Shown here: one piece after another, positions 51,011-62,000 of the stretch | Layout of the letters: every line of letters starts with the position of its first letter | How positions within the stretch are numbered: position 1 is the stretch's first letter | Assembly: GCA_965116905.1 (NCBI GenBank) | Contig: OZ220732.1 | Span: 3,008,001-3,072,000, forward strand | From: Longimicrobiales bacterium | GTDB taxonomy: Bacteria; Gemmatimonadota; Gemmatimonadetes; Longimicrobiales; Gaopeijiaceae | Direction: 5' to 3' | DNA length: 64,000 bases | Translations under genes and position numbers: made by a program | Notes under the pieces: model-generated | Told to the model about the DNA's origin: nothing | The model's input: the letters and a program-made list of their open reading frames with translations, nothing else | The model's database searches: none

Positions 51011-53092
51011 ATGTCCCTTCGAACCACCCGCTTCCACCGCGCGCTTCCCACGGGCCGACGCTGGCGGCGCCCCGCCGCGGGGACGGGTCCGGCCCGGACC
51101 GTCCTGAGGGCATGCGGCCTCCTCCTCATGGGCGCTTTCCTGGTGACTCCCGCCGGCGCGAGCGGGCAGACAGCCGTCGAAGGCCCGAAGGTCGTGCTCG
51201 GCTCGGTACCGTTCACGCTCACGGTGCACGGCGCGGACGATCTTTCCTCGATGGTCGAGGTGCGCAGCGCCGACGGGACCCTGATCGCATCGGGAACCGT
51301 GGGTGCACGCCAGATCCGCGAATTCAGGAACGTCGTCGTGCACTCGCAGACCGAGCTTCCGCTGGAGGTGCGGGTGGGCGGCACGGTTCACACGGTCACC
51401 AGCCCCTACGCGCCGGCGTGGTTCTCGATTCTTCCGCCGCTCGTCGCGATCGTGCTGGCCCTGGTCTTCAAGGAGGTGATCACCGCGCTCCTCGCCGGGA
51501 TCTGGCTGGGCGCACTGGCGGTGGCCGGCTACAACCCCGTGCAGGCGACCTGGCGAGTGATCGACCAGTACGTCGTCCCGGCCCTCGGCGACACCGACGG
51601 CGGTCACACGCAGATCGTCGTCTTCAGTCTGCTGCTGGGCGGGATGGTTGGAATGATCAGCAAGAACGGCGGTACCCTGGGCGTGGTGCGCGCCGTCGCG
51701 CCCCTGGCCAGAAACCGGCGCCGGGGCAAGCTGGCCACGGCCGCCGCCGGGCTCGCGATCTTCTTCGACGACTACGCCAACACGCTCGTCGTCGGCAACA
51801 CCATGCGCCCGATCACGGATCGCCTCAAGGTGTCGCGCGAGAAGCTCGCCTACCTCGTGGACTCGACTGCGGCGCCGGTCGCCGCCCTGGTTCCGGTCTC
51901 GACCTGGGTCGGGTACGAAATCTCCCTGATCGGCAGCGGCCTGACTGCGGCCGCCGGCACCACGACGGGCGCCGAGGCGGCCTTCCTGGGGGGTCTCAGC
52001 CCGTACACGGTCTTCATCCAGACGATCCCCTACCTCTTCTACCCCATACTCGCGATGGCCTTCGTGTTCCTCACCTCCTACATGAACCGGGACTTCGGGC
52101 CCATGGCCAGGGCCGAGAAGCGGGCAGCGGCGGGCCGGGGGCTCTTCCGCGAGGGTGCGCGGCCGGCCACCGACACATCCGCGAGCTTCGTGAACGCCAA
52201 GGAGGGAGCCCCGGAGCGCTGGTGGAACGCCGGCCTCCCGGTGTTCACCGTGGTCACTGTCGTGCTCGGCGGACTGTACGTGTCGGGACGCGCGGCGGTG
52301 GGCGCGGCGGACCCGGCCGGCGGCGGCCTGTCGCCGGACGCGACCGGGATCTTCCATCACCTGCGCGATACCTTCGGAGCGGCCGACCCGTTCAATCCTC
52401 TTCTCTGGGGATCGCTAGCGGGATGCCTCGTCGCGGCGGCACTGTCGCTGGGTCAGCGCGTGCTGTCGGTGCACGAGTGCGTTGACGCGTGGCTGGGCGG
52501 CGTCAAGGCCATGATGATCGCGATGGCGATCCTGACACTGGCGTGGTCGCTCGGCGCGGTCACCCAGGACGTCGGCACGGCGGGCTACCTGTCGCAGCTG
52601 CTGGGCGGCAACCTGCCGCTGTACCTGCTCCCGGCGCTCGTGTTCGTGACCTCCGGCGCGATGGCGTTCGCCACCGGGACATCGTGGACCACCATGGCGA
52701 TCCTGATCCCCCTGGTGATCCCCCTGACGGTATCGCTCGCGGGCGGCACGGGCTTCGCCGACGGCTCCGTCTACGGCATCCTCCTCGGCACCACGAGTTC
52801 GGTGCTCGCGGGTGCCATCTGGGGCGACCATTGCTCACCCATCTCGGACACCACGGTACTGTCGTCGACCGCGGCCGCGTGCGACCACGTCGACCATGTC
52901 CGCACCCAGTTGCCGTACGCCCTGCTGGTCGGTGGCGTCGGCCTGGCGCTGGGGAGCGTGGGGACCGCCCTCGGGCTGCCCACCTGGATCGCGCTGCCGG
53001 CCGGGGTGGCCATTCTGGCCATCCTGCTGCGCGTGTTCGGCACGCCCGTTCCGGAGATCGGCAGCGGTGCCGCGGCGGAGAATACACCCTGA
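51011..53092 (+). CDS. NhaC-family antiporter-like protein with N-terminal exported domain
   Basis: SILPPLVAI, IFFDDYAN, SREKLAYLVDSTAAP, FATGTSW, GDHCSPISDTT.LSS, HVRTQLPYA. Confidence 0.9.
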   Translation: MSLRTTRFHRALPTGRRWRRPAAGTGPARTVLRACGLLLMGAFLVTPAGASGQTAVEGPKVVLGSVPFTLTVHGADDLSSMVEVRSADGTLIASGTVGARQIREFRNVVVHSQTELPLEVRVGGTVHTVTSPYAPAWFSILPPLVAIVLALVFKEVITALLAGIWLGALAVAGYNPVQATWRVIDQYVVPALGDTDGGHTQIVVFSLLLGGMVGMISKNGGTLGVVRAVAPLARNRRRGKLATAAAGLAIFFDDYANTLVVGNTMRPITDRLKVSREKLAYLVDSTAAPVAALVPVSTWVGYEISLIGSGLTAAAGTTTGAEAAFLGGLSPYTVFIQTIPYLFYPILAMAFVFLTSYMNRDFGPMARAEKRAAAGRGLFREGARPATDTSASFVNAKEGAPERWWNAGLPVFTVVTVVLGGLYVSGRAAVGAADPAGGGLSPDATGIFHHLRDTFGAADPFNPLLWGSLAGCLVAAALSLGQRVLSVHECVDAWLGGVKAMMIAMAILTLAWSLGAVTQDVGTAGYLSQLLGGNLPLYLLPALVFVTSGAMAFATGTSWTTMAILIPLVIPLTVSLAGGTGFADGSVYGILLGTTSSVLAGAIWGDHCSPISDTTVLSSTAAACDHVDHVRTQLPYALLVGGVGLALGSVGTALGLPTWIALPAGVAILAILLRVFGTPVPEIGSGAAAENTP

Positions 53093-53120
53093 CGTAACGT
53101 GAGGGTTAGCGGAAACGAAG

Positions 53121-53552
53121 TCAGCCCCGACGTGCCCGAAAGAAGCCGCGCAGCAGCTCGGCGGACTCTTCGGCGAGGACCCCGCCGCGGAGCTCCACGC
53201 GATGGTTGAGCCGTGGATCCTGCACAACGTTCTCCAGGCTCCCGGCCATGCCGGCCTTGGGGTCCGCCGCACCGAACACGAGCCGCGGGATCCGGGCCAG
53301 AACCGCGGCGCCGGCACATAGCGCGCACGGCTCCAGCGTGGTGTACAGGGTGCAGCCCTCCAGGCGCCAGTCGCCCAGCCGCCGCGAAGCGCTCCGAATG
53401 GCCACGGTCTCGGCGTGGGCCGTGGGATCGCAGTCCTCGACGGTTCGGTTGTGGGCCTCGGCAATGACCTCGCCGTCGCGTACGATCACTGCGCCGACCG
53501 GCACCTCGCCGCGAAGCGCTCCGGCCCGAGCAAGCTCCAGCGCCCGCGCCAT
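53121..53552 (-). CDS. tadA: tRNA adenosine(34) deaminase
   Basis: GEVPVGA, DPTAHAE, LYTTLEPCALC, DPKAG, LNH, FF; the true start may lie upstream (CTG 53603). Confidence 0.93.
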   Translation of the reverse strand: MARALELARAGALRGEVPVGAVIVRDGEVIAEAHNRTVEDCDPTAHAETVAIRSASRRLGDWRLEGCTLYTTLEPCALCAGAAVLARIPRLVFGAADPKAGMAGSLENVVQDPRLNHRVELRGGVLAEESAELLRGFFRARRG

Positions 53553-53599
53553 CCAGACACGATCGATGTCCGGGCCGGGCGGGACGTCGGGGACGCTGC

Positions 53600-54307
53600 T
53601 CAGTGCGCGATGGCGGTCTTCGTGAACGAAGCGGGGCCGACCTGGCGGTAGAGACCCGTCACGCGGCCGACCAGAACCAGGGAAGCGGGCTCGTCCACGC
53701 GGGCGGGCACCCCCTCCCGTCCCAACGGGTGAAGAAGCACCTGCGACCTGCTTCGGTGGACGCGAAAGTAGTCGGGGATCCCCCCCACGCGCGCCACGAT
53801 CACTTCACCGTCGGCTAATTCGTCCGCCACCACGGGAGCAACGACGAGCAGATCGCCCTCGGCAACCGACCCGTTGGGGAGCACTCCCCGCGGAGCCCGC
53901 ACCATGAAGCCCCCCTTCCCTCCGGCCAGCTGGCGGTCGAGCGTGATGTGGGCCTCCGCCTGCCGGGAGCGTACGCCGGGCATGGCATCGCGCAGGTCTT
54001 CGAAGCACGGCAGCGAAACCGATTCCGCGTTGAGGTCGATTCCCAGGATCCGCACGCCCCTCGAACGGGAGGGATCCCGCTCGATGTAACCCTTGTCGGC
54101 CAGCGCCTGGAGATGTTCGGAGACCGTCTTGGTGCTCTTGATGCCGAAACGCTTTCCGATTTCCCGGATCGACGGCTGGTAGGTGTTGGTCCGAAGGAAA
54201 ACGACGATGAAGTCGAGGATGCCCCGCTCGATCTCGCTCAGCGCCGGCGCCGCGGCGGCACCGGATATCTGACCTGGAGAAATGGCGGATTTCTGTCCGG
54301 TTCGCAT
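53600..54307 (-). CDS. LexA-family winged-helix regulator with degenerate peptidase S24 domain
   Basis: ILDFI..PSIREIG..FGIKS..TVSEHLQAL..KGYIER...RSRG N-domain; the C-domain keeps GDLLVV, GEVIVAR and GRVTGLYR but lacks catalytic motifs. Confidence 0.85.
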   Translation of the reverse strand: MRTGQKSAISPGQISGAAAAPALSEIERGILDFIVVFLRTNTYQPSIREIGKRFGIKSTKTVSEHLQALADKGYIERDPSRSRGVRILGIDLNAESVSLPCFEDLRDAMPGVRSRQAEAHITLDRQLAGGKGGFMVRAPRGVLPNGSVAEGDLLVVAPVVADELADGEVIVARVGGIPDYFRVHRSRSQVLLHPLGREGVPARVDEPASLVLVGRVTGLYRQVGPASFTKTAIAH

Positions 54308-54347
54308 GCGCTTCCGGGTGAGAGGATGGCCGATCGGGAAGGACGCA

Positions 54348-54376
54348 ATGTTAGGCGCGCGCCACTCGATTCGCAA
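54348..54376 (-). promoter_or_regulatory. putative promoter of the lexA-like gene
   Basis: TTGCGA-N17-TAACAT on the minus strand; supports ATG 54307 over TTG 54376 as the start. Confidence 0.55.
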
Positions 54377-54436
54377 CCCGCGGACCGTCGAGTGGACCGT
54401 CGAAAGTGGCCTCCGGCTGGACGCGGCGGAAACCGG

Positions 54437-55891
54437 TCAGGCGGGCTCGGCGTGCGAGGTGATCGCGTCGACCGCGCGCCCAATCCGCCCCAGAGACCGT
54501 TCCCGGCCCAGAATCAGAAGGACATCGAAGATCCCGGGCGACGCCGGAAGGCCGGTCAGCGCAAGGCGCAGCGGCTGAAACACCTTGCCGGCGCCCACCC
54601 CGAGGTCCCCCGCGAGGCCCCGAAGCGACTGCTCGAGGGCCTCCTCTTCCCACGCGGCCACCGCCAGTGCCTCCGCCACCCTTGTCAGGATCTCGGCCGC
54701 ACCCCCGGGATCCCTGTACCAGCTCTTGCGCGCCGCCTTCGCGTCGTAGCTGGTGACGGGACCGACGTAGGGGGCTGCCAACGCCGCCATCTCGGAAAGG
54801 GAGCGGCTCCGGGGAGCCAGGGCCGCGGTCATCCGCAGGAAGGCGTCGTCGGAGAGAGCGGACGGGCCTTCGGCCGCGGAGAGCCGCGAAGCCAGGGTCC
54901 GCCGCAGCCGCTCCGAGAGTTTCCGGGTGCCCAGCCGAGCCATGTACTTGCCGTTCATCCAGTAGAGCTTGGCGGGATCGAAGACGGAGCCCTTCTTCAG
55001 GACCCGGTCCATGGCAAACCGCGCCACCAGTTCGTCCCGTGACATCAACTCCTCGTCGGTTCCGGGCGACCAGCCCAGCAGCGCGAGGAAGTTGACCATC
55101 GCCTCGGGCAACACGCCTTCCTCTTCGTAGCTGTTCACCGCCTGGGCGCCGTGCCGCTTGGACAGCCTCTTGCCGTCCGGACCCAGGATCATGGGCAGGT
55201 GTCCGAAAGCGGGGACTTCGCGCCCCAGCGCTTCGTACAGCAGGATCTGTTTGGGCGTGTTGGAGATGTGATCGTCGCCGCGGATGACGTGGCTGATTCC
55301 CATGTGGGCGTCGTCCGACACCACGGCGTGATTGTAGGTCGGCGTGCCGTCGCCCCTCAGGATGACGAAGTCCTCGATCTCTCCGTTGGCGAAGCGCGTC
55401 TCGCCGTGCACCATGTCCCGCCACGAGGTGCTTCCGCCGGGAACCCGGAACCGCACCGCGAAGGGCTCGCCGGCCGCGGCCCGCCGCTCCGCCTCGGCCG
55501 CCGGCACGCGCGCGGCGAGTTCCCGCGAGAGCCGGGTCACCGCACCGCTCCCGGCTGCGACGGCCGCGTCCCGGGCGCGCTCGAACTCCTCCTGTGGGGT
55601 GAAGTCCCGGTAGGCGCGGCCCCGCTCCAGGAGAAGAAGCGCGTCGGCACGGTGCCGCTCGAGCCCGTCGGCCTGGAAGACGGGCTCTTCGTCCCAGTCC
55701 ATGCCCAGCCAGCGAAGGCCGTCCAGGATGGCCTCCACGTGCTCGGGCCGGCTCCGATTGCGGTCGGTGTCCTCGATTCGCAACAGGAAGGCGCCCCCGT
55801 TCCGGCGTGCCAGCAGCCAGTTGAAGAGCGCCGTGCGGGCTCCTCCCACGTGAAGGTACCCCGTGGGCGACGGAGCGAAGCGAAGTCTCAT
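54437..55891 (-). CDS. gltX: glutamate--tRNA ligase
   Basis: RFAPSPTGYLHVGG.RTALFN, LRIEDTD, IRGDDHISNT, KRLSKRHG, PLRLALTG...SP. Confidence 0.97.
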   Translation of the reverse strand: MRLRFAPSPTGYLHVGGARTALFNWLLARRNGGAFLLRIEDTDRNRSRPEHVEAILDGLRWLGMDWDEEPVFQADGLERHRADALLLLERGRAYRDFTPQEEFERARDAAVAAGSGAVTRLSRELAARVPAAEAERRAAAGEPFAVRFRVPGGSTSWRDMVHGETRFANGEIEDFVILRGDGTPTYNHAVVSDDAHMGISHVIRGDDHISNTPKQILLYEALGREVPAFGHLPMILGPDGKRLSKRHGAQAVNSYEEEGVLPEAMVNFLALLGWSPGTDEELMSRDELVARFAMDRVLKKGSVFDPAKLYWMNGKYMARLGTRKLSERLRRTLASRLSAAEGPSALSDDAFLRMTAALAPRSRSLSEMAALAAPYVGPVTSYDAKAARKSWYRDPGGAAEILTRVAEALAVAAWEEEALEQSLRGLAGDLGVGAGKVFQPLRLALTGLPASPGIFDVLLILGRERSLGRIGRAVDAITSHAEPA

Positions 55892-55898
55892 GGCGAGA

Positions 55899-58800
55899 TC
55901 AGCCGGCACCCGCTCCCGCGGCCGCCGCGCGGCGCGCCTTCGGGCGCTCGAAGAGCAGGTAGAGCGCCGGCGTGGCAGTCAGGACCAGGAAGGTCGACGA
56001 CGCCAGTCCGCCGATCAGGGCGTAGGCCAGCGCGTTCCAGATGTTCGAGTTCGCCGTCTCGCTGAAGATGACGAGCGGCGCCAGCCCCAGAATGGTCGTC
56101 GTGGTTGTCATGAGAATCGGTCTGACGCGCTCCAGGGTCCCCTTCTGGATGGCGGCTTCCAGCGCAAGCGGCGTCTCTCGCCGCACGCGGTTGATATGGT
56201 CGACAAGGAGAATCGCGTTGTTCACCACGATTCCTCCCATCATGATGACGCCGATGTACGCCTCGCGGGTGAAGTGCGCGTCCAGGTAGAAGAAGAGGAG
56301 AAACACCCCGATCAGGGCCATGGGCACCGTGAGGAGGACGCACAACGGCAACAGCAACGACTCGAAGAGCGCGGCCGTCACCATGTAGATGAGAAGGATG
56401 GACACGATGAGCAGCAGCGCCATCTGCGACTGCTCCTCCAGCGACCAGCGCCACCGGTCGGCCTTCTTGACCGTGTACCCGGGCGGCACCTCGGTCATAT
56501 CGATCACGCTGTTGTGGTAGAGGTCGCCGAGCTTGTAGGGCCCCCGGAACTCGTACGCTACGGAACGCTCGTACTGCTGGTCTTCGCGGCGGATGGTGGC
56601 CAGCACCTCGCGCGGGCGGATGGTCACGAGCTCGCCCAGCCGGACCGGATTGCCGGTCGGAGTCAGGACGAGCGTTTGCTGCAGTTCGACGAGATCGACC
56701 TCCCGGTTCCCCTCCAGCTTCACGTCGTAGCGGACTTCGTCGCCTCCGATCTTCAGCAGATCCTGGCTCACCTGACCGCGCACGGCATCCGATATCTGCA
56801 TCACCAGGAAATCGACCGTGAGATCGTGGCGGGCAACGACATCGCGGCGGATGTCCACGGCGAATTCCGATGCGCGGTCACGCGTGCGGAACCCGAAGGA
56901 TGCGTTCGTGTTCACGTCGCGAATGCGTGGAAACCGCTCCAGCCGGCCTCCGAGGTCCTCGGCGATGTCGCGCACCTTCTCGTAGTTGTACCCGAGGACC
57001 TGGATCGTGTAGTTGGGCGGCGATCCTCCACCGCCGTAGAAGGAGGGACCGTAGCCGTATACACGCACCTCGGCGCGTGAAAACCCCAGCGAGAAGGCGA
57101 AGAGTTGTTCCTTGATGCGCACTGGCACGTCGGTAAGCTCGAGAGCCTCGGGGAAGGTGACCGTGGTCCGGCTCGACTCGGGATAGACATTCGTCGTGAA
57201 ACGCTCGACTTCCGGCATCTGGCGCAGACGTTCCTCGAAGTACCGGGTCAACTGGTCGGTGCGCTCGATGTCGGAACCCCGCGGGAGGCGGATGGAGATG
57301 TCGATGTAGGTCTGCTGGCCCCAGCCTCCACCCCAGATCCTGCCCTTGTTGACGTACTGGTCGAACAGGTATCCGGACCCGCCGAGCATCGCGAGACACG
57401 CGACCACCACCACCCACGGCCGACGCAGCGTAAACCCCACGAGCCCCTGGTAGAAGCGCAGGTAGAGCGGCGGGCGCGCCGCCGAGCGGCCGGTGGGGGA
57501 TGGAGTCGCCTGCTCTCGTGGTGGCAGGATCCTGCCGACGAGCCCGGGGATGAAGCTGAACGCCACCAGGAGCGACGCCAGGAGACTCAGCACGACCACG
57601 ATGGCCAGCGGCAGGTAGTAGATCCGCAACTCGCCCTGCAGATAGACGAAGGGAGCGAAGACGATCAGGGTGGTTGCGGTCGCGGCCAGGATGGGCAGCA
57701 CCACATGTGTCGCCCCCTCCTGGATCGCGCTGTTCCGCGATCGTCCGGATTGCCATCGTCGGTAGATGTTCTCCAGCACCACGATGGAGTTGTCCACGAT
57801 GAGGCCGAACGCCATCGCCAGCCCCATGAGCGTCAGGACGTTCAGGGAGAATCCCGCGAAATAGATCAGGTTGAGCGAAATGAGGATCGAGAACGCGATC
57901 GTGGCGAACACCACGACCGCGGAGCGCAGCGATCCCAGGAACAGGAAGAGCACCCCGAAGATCACGATGACCGATATGAGCGCCCGGCTGCGCAGGTCGG
58001 ACATCTGCCGCCGGATCTGTCTGCTCTCGTCCCAGTCCAGGATAAAGCGCGTGTTGGGCGGGTTTCGAAGTTCGACGGCCGCCAGGCGCTCCTTCACGTT
58101 GTCCGCGACCCGCACCGAATTGGCGCCGATCTCCTTCTGGACCCTCATTTCCACGGCTGGCCGCGAGTTGACGCGGTAGTGATTACGAATGTCCTCGTAG
58201 GTGTCGCGCACGACCGCGATGTCCGAGACCCGGATGACACGCCCGCCGTCGGACTTGACGATCGCGGTGCGGATGTCCTGGGCGGATACGGGCCGGTTGC
58301 GGATCGTCACCGTCCACTGGCGGTCACCGGACCGGACCGCGCCTGCCTCGCGCACGAGATCGAGATTGCCCAGCCTCCGGTCCACGTCGTACGAGCTCAC
58401 GCCCATCGCCGCCATCAGCTCGCGGTCCAGCTCGATTTCGATCAGCCGCTCGCGGCCCCCGCGTGCGGTGACCAGCGCAACCCCCTCGACACGGCTCAAT
58501 TCGGGAATCACGACATCGTCGAGGTGTTGCCGAAGCGATTCCAGCGTCCGCGCACCCGTGAAGGTGTAGCTCAGGAGCCCCCGCCCCTGCGTCTCCCTGA
58601 ACTCGTCCGGGATATAGGGAGAGACCATCACCCGGTCGACCCCGGGGGGGAGTTCGTTCTCTTCCAGCGTCGCAAGCCGCTCGGACAGATCGAGACGCGC
58701 GAAATCCATGTCGACGTCGCGGGAGAACTCGATGTCGATGCGCGTACTGCCTTCGGAGGATTCGGAAACGACCTTTTCGACGCCCTCCACCAGCTGAATC

Positions 58801-59003
58801 GCCGCTTCCAGGGGCGAGGTGAGGAACGCCTCCACCGTCTCCGGAGAGGCGCCTCGCCAGGTCCCCTGGACCGTCAACTGGGGCAGCCGGGTGTCGGGCA
58901 TCAGTTCGACCGGAATGTCCTGCCACGCCCGCACCCCGAGAAGCGCGACCGCGACGTACGCCATCGCGACCGCCACCGGCCGGCGCATGCTCAGCTTGAT
59001 CAT
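55899..59003 (-). CDS. RND efflux permease (second subunit)
   Basis: RRPVAV, GASPETVE, GLIVDNSIVVLENI, GIVVNNAILL, RVRPILMTT; ATG overlaps the upstream stop. Confidence 0.92.
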   Translation of the reverse strand: MIKLSMRRPVAVAMAYVAVALLGVRAWQDIPVELMPDTRLPQLTVQGTWRGASPETVEAFLTSPLEAAIQLVEGVEKVVSESSEGSTRIDIEFSRDVDMDFARLDLSERLATLEENELPPGVDRVMVSPYIPDEFRETQGRGLLSYTFTGARTLESLRQHLDDVVIPELSRVEGVALVTARGGRERLIEIELDRELMAAMGVSSYDVDRRLGNLDLVREAGAVRSGDRQWTVTIRNRPVSAQDIRTAIVKSDGGRVIRVSDIAVVRDTYEDIRNHYRVNSRPAVEMRVQKEIGANSVRVADNVKERLAAVELRNPPNTRFILDWDESRQIRRQMSDLRSRALISVIVIFGVLFLFLGSLRSAVVVFATIAFSILISLNLIYFAGFSLNVLTLMGLAMAFGLIVDNSIVVLENIYRRWQSGRSRNSAIQEGATHVVLPILAATATTLIVFAPFVYLQGELRIYYLPLAIVVVLSLLASLLVAFSFIPGLVGRILPPREQATPSPTGRSAARPPLYLRFYQGLVGFTLRRPWVVVVACLAMLGGSGYLFDQYVNKGRIWGGGWGQQTYIDISIRLPRGSDIERTDQLTRYFEERLRQMPEVERFTTNVYPESSRTTVTFPEALELTDVPVRIKEQLFAFSLGFSRAEVRVYGYGPSFYGGGGSPPNYTIQVLGYNYEKVRDIAEDLGGRLERFPRIRDVNTNASFGFRTRDRASEFAVDIRRDVVARHDLTVDFLVMQISDAVRGQVSQDLLKIGGDEVRYDVKLEGNREVDLVELQQTLVLTPTGNPVRLGELVTIRPREVLATIRREDQQYERSVAYEFRGPYKLGDLYHNSVIDMTEVPPGYTVKKADRWRWSLEEQSQMALLLIVSILLIYMVTAALFESLLLPLCVLLTVPMALIGVFLLFFYLDAHFTREAYIGVIMMGGIVVNNAILLVDHINRVRRETPLALEAAIQKGTLERVRPILMTTTTTILGLAPLVIFSETANSNIWNALAYALIGGLASSTFLVLTATPALYLLFERPKARRAAAAGAGAG

Positions 59004-62000
59004 GGCCGCCGGCTCCTCCACCCGCGGCGCGCGTCCTCGATCACGGAATAGACCACGGGTACGACGATCAGCGTGAGAGCGGTGGCGACCAGGAGGCCAC
59101 CGATGACCGAGATCGCCATGGGAGCCCTGAGATCGGCGCCGCGGCCGATTCCCAGCGCCATGGGCAGGAGGCCCAGTACCGTCGTCACGGTCGTCATCAC
59201 GATGGGTCGCAGCCGCACCTCACCCGCCTCCAGGATCGCGTCCCTGAGACTCAGGCCGCGAGCGATTCCCTGGTTTATGAAGTCCACCTTGACGATCGCG
59301 TCGTTCACCACAATTCCAACGAGAATCACAATTCCGATCAGGCTCATCGTGTTGAGGCCCTCACCCGTGAGCACGAGTGCAAGGATAGCGCCCACGAGCG
59401 CGAGAGGCACGGCCATCAGGATCGTAAATGGGTGGACGAAGGATTCGAACTGCGCCGCCAGGATCATGTACACCAGCAGCAGGGCCAGCCCGAACGCGAA
59501 CGCGAGGTCGCGGAACGAACGGCGCATTTCCTCGTTCTCGCCGCCCACATCCACCCGGATATCACGTGGCGGCTGCATGCCGGCGAGCGTGCCCTCGATG
59601 GCGACGATCGCGTCCCCGAGCCCGCCCGACGCAACGTCGGCGTACACGGTCACCACCCTGCCCTGGTCCTCCCGGCGGATCTCGGCAGGCCCCACGGTCT
59701 CGCGAATGGTCACCAGCTCGCGCAGCGGCACGCCTTCGACCCGGAGCATGTCGAGCGTCGACGCGTCGTGGCGCAGGAAGTCGGGCAGCCGCACCATGAC
59801 CGCGATCTTGCGGTCGAAGTCCACGAACTCCGTGGCCCGGTCACCGCGCATCGCCGATTCGATCGTTTCCGCCACGACGCGCGGGTCGATGTTGTAGTTG
59901 GCGGCGGCTTCGGCATCGATCGACACCTGGAACTGGGGCTGCCCCCGCTCCGACCCGATCCGGACGTTGCGGACCTCGGGCAGTCCCGAGAGCCCCTGGC
60001 GCACGTCCTGCGCGAAACGGTAGGCGTCGACGAGGTTCTCCCCGCGCACGCGCACGGCGATGTCCGCCTCTCCACCCCCCAGGATATGGCCCAGCGCGGT
60101 GGCCTGACCGGTCTCGAAGGACAGCGTCCCCGCCGGGAACTCGCTCGCCACGTTCTGTGCCCTCGCGACGACCTCCTCCGTAAGCGCGGCGTCGTCGAGC
60201 CTCACCTGTATCGTCGCGGTGTGAAGCCCCGAGGCCTGACCCTCGTCCCCCCTTGCCTGCACGTCGCGCCCGATGTGGCTGAATACCGCGGCCACCTGCG
60301 CGTCGTCGATCATGCGGCGCTCCAGCGACTCGACCGACTCGGCCGTCGCCTGCAGCTGCGTCCCTTCGGCCAGCTCGACGCGCACGTCGAAGGCGCCCTG
60401 GTCGACGTTGGGAAGAAGATCCCGGTCCAGTCCCACGGCCAGAAGGAGGCAACCGCCGAGGGCCCCCGCAGCCACGGTAAGCACCGTGCCGCGACGGTCC
60501 AGAGAACGCGCGAGGACCCCGTGATACCAGGCCGCGAAGGCCCGGAAAAGCCGATCGAAGACCCGGAAGAAGGGTCCGAAGACGGTCGACAGAACGCGGT
60601 TTCCCAGCTCCAGCCAGAACCTGACGAGCTGAGGGACCAGGGACGCGACTCCGGCGACGGCCCGAATCGGGAGCCGCAGCAACCCCACCACCAGCCAGCC
60701 GATCCTGCCCAGCAGGGTCGAGGGGCGCGGGCGCGCAGGTGCCGAAGGTTCGGCGTACTCTTCGGCTGCCTGTCCCCCGCCCTTGAAGTGGGCAGCCATC
60801 GAGGGAAGCAGCGTGAGCGCGACGGCGAGGCTTGCGAGCAACGAAAACGCGACCGCCAGCGAGAGGGCTCCGAACAGCTCCCCCGCCACGCCCTGCACGT
60901 ATATGATGGGACCGAAGACCGAGATCGTGGTCAGGGTCGATGCCGTGATCGCTCCCTGCACCTCCTCGGCCCCGCGCGCGGCGGCTTCGAGGGGGCCGGC
61001 ACCCAGCTGCCGGTGCCTGAAGATGTTCTCCAGGACGATGATCGAGTTGTCGACCAGCATCCCTACCCCGAGCGCCAGTCCCCCCAGGCTCATGATGTTC
61101 AGCGAGACCCCGAACGCGTCCATCAGCGCGAAGGTCCCGACCACCGAGATGGGAATGGCAAGCGCGATGGCTACGGGGTAGCGGGGATCGCGGAGGAAGA
61201 AGAAGAGCACGACGAACGCGAGCAGGCCCCCGAGGATCAGCGCCTGCACCACGTTGCTGATCGATTCGTCGATGAACGTGGCCTGGTTGTACGCGATCTC
61301 GGCCGTGAAATCGGGGTACTGTTCCTTCAGCAGGTCCAGGGTCTCCTGCACATCTTCGGACACGGCCACCGTATTGGCGCCCGCCTCCTTGAAGACCAGG
61401 AGCCCCACCGACTCGAACCCGTTGTAGCGCGCGATCTCCTCGCGTTCCGCGAAGCCGTCCACCACCGTGGCGATGTCGCCGAGCCGGACCAGTCGAAACG
61501 CGGTCTCCTCCTCCCCGCTCTGCTGGCCCGATTCCCCCTGACCGCCCAGCTGCTGCCTTCCCACGACGACGTCAGCGATCTCCTCGACCGTCTGGAATTC
61601 GCCCAGGGTGCGGAGCGGATACCGATACCGCCCCCGCAGGATCGTGCCGCCGCGGGCCGAGTAGTTGGCCTGTTCGAGCGCCCGGGACACCTCGGCGAGC
61701 GTGATGCCGTTCGCCTCGAGTCGCGGCGGGTCCACTTCGATGTGAATCTCGCGGTCGAGCCCGCCCGTCACCGATGCCTGGGCGACGCCCTCGAGCTGCT
61801 CGAGCCGGCGCCGGAAGACGTCCTCGGCCACCTCCTTGTTCTCCAGGAGGTCGCCCCCACCCGTGAGTGAAATCGTGAGGATCGGCTCGGCCTGGGGGTC
61901 GACGCGCAGAATGGTCGGCCGGTCGGCGGTCTCGGGAAACTGGTCGCGGATGTTGTCGAGACGCTCGCGCACATTGAGCGCCGCGAAGTCCATGTCCGTG

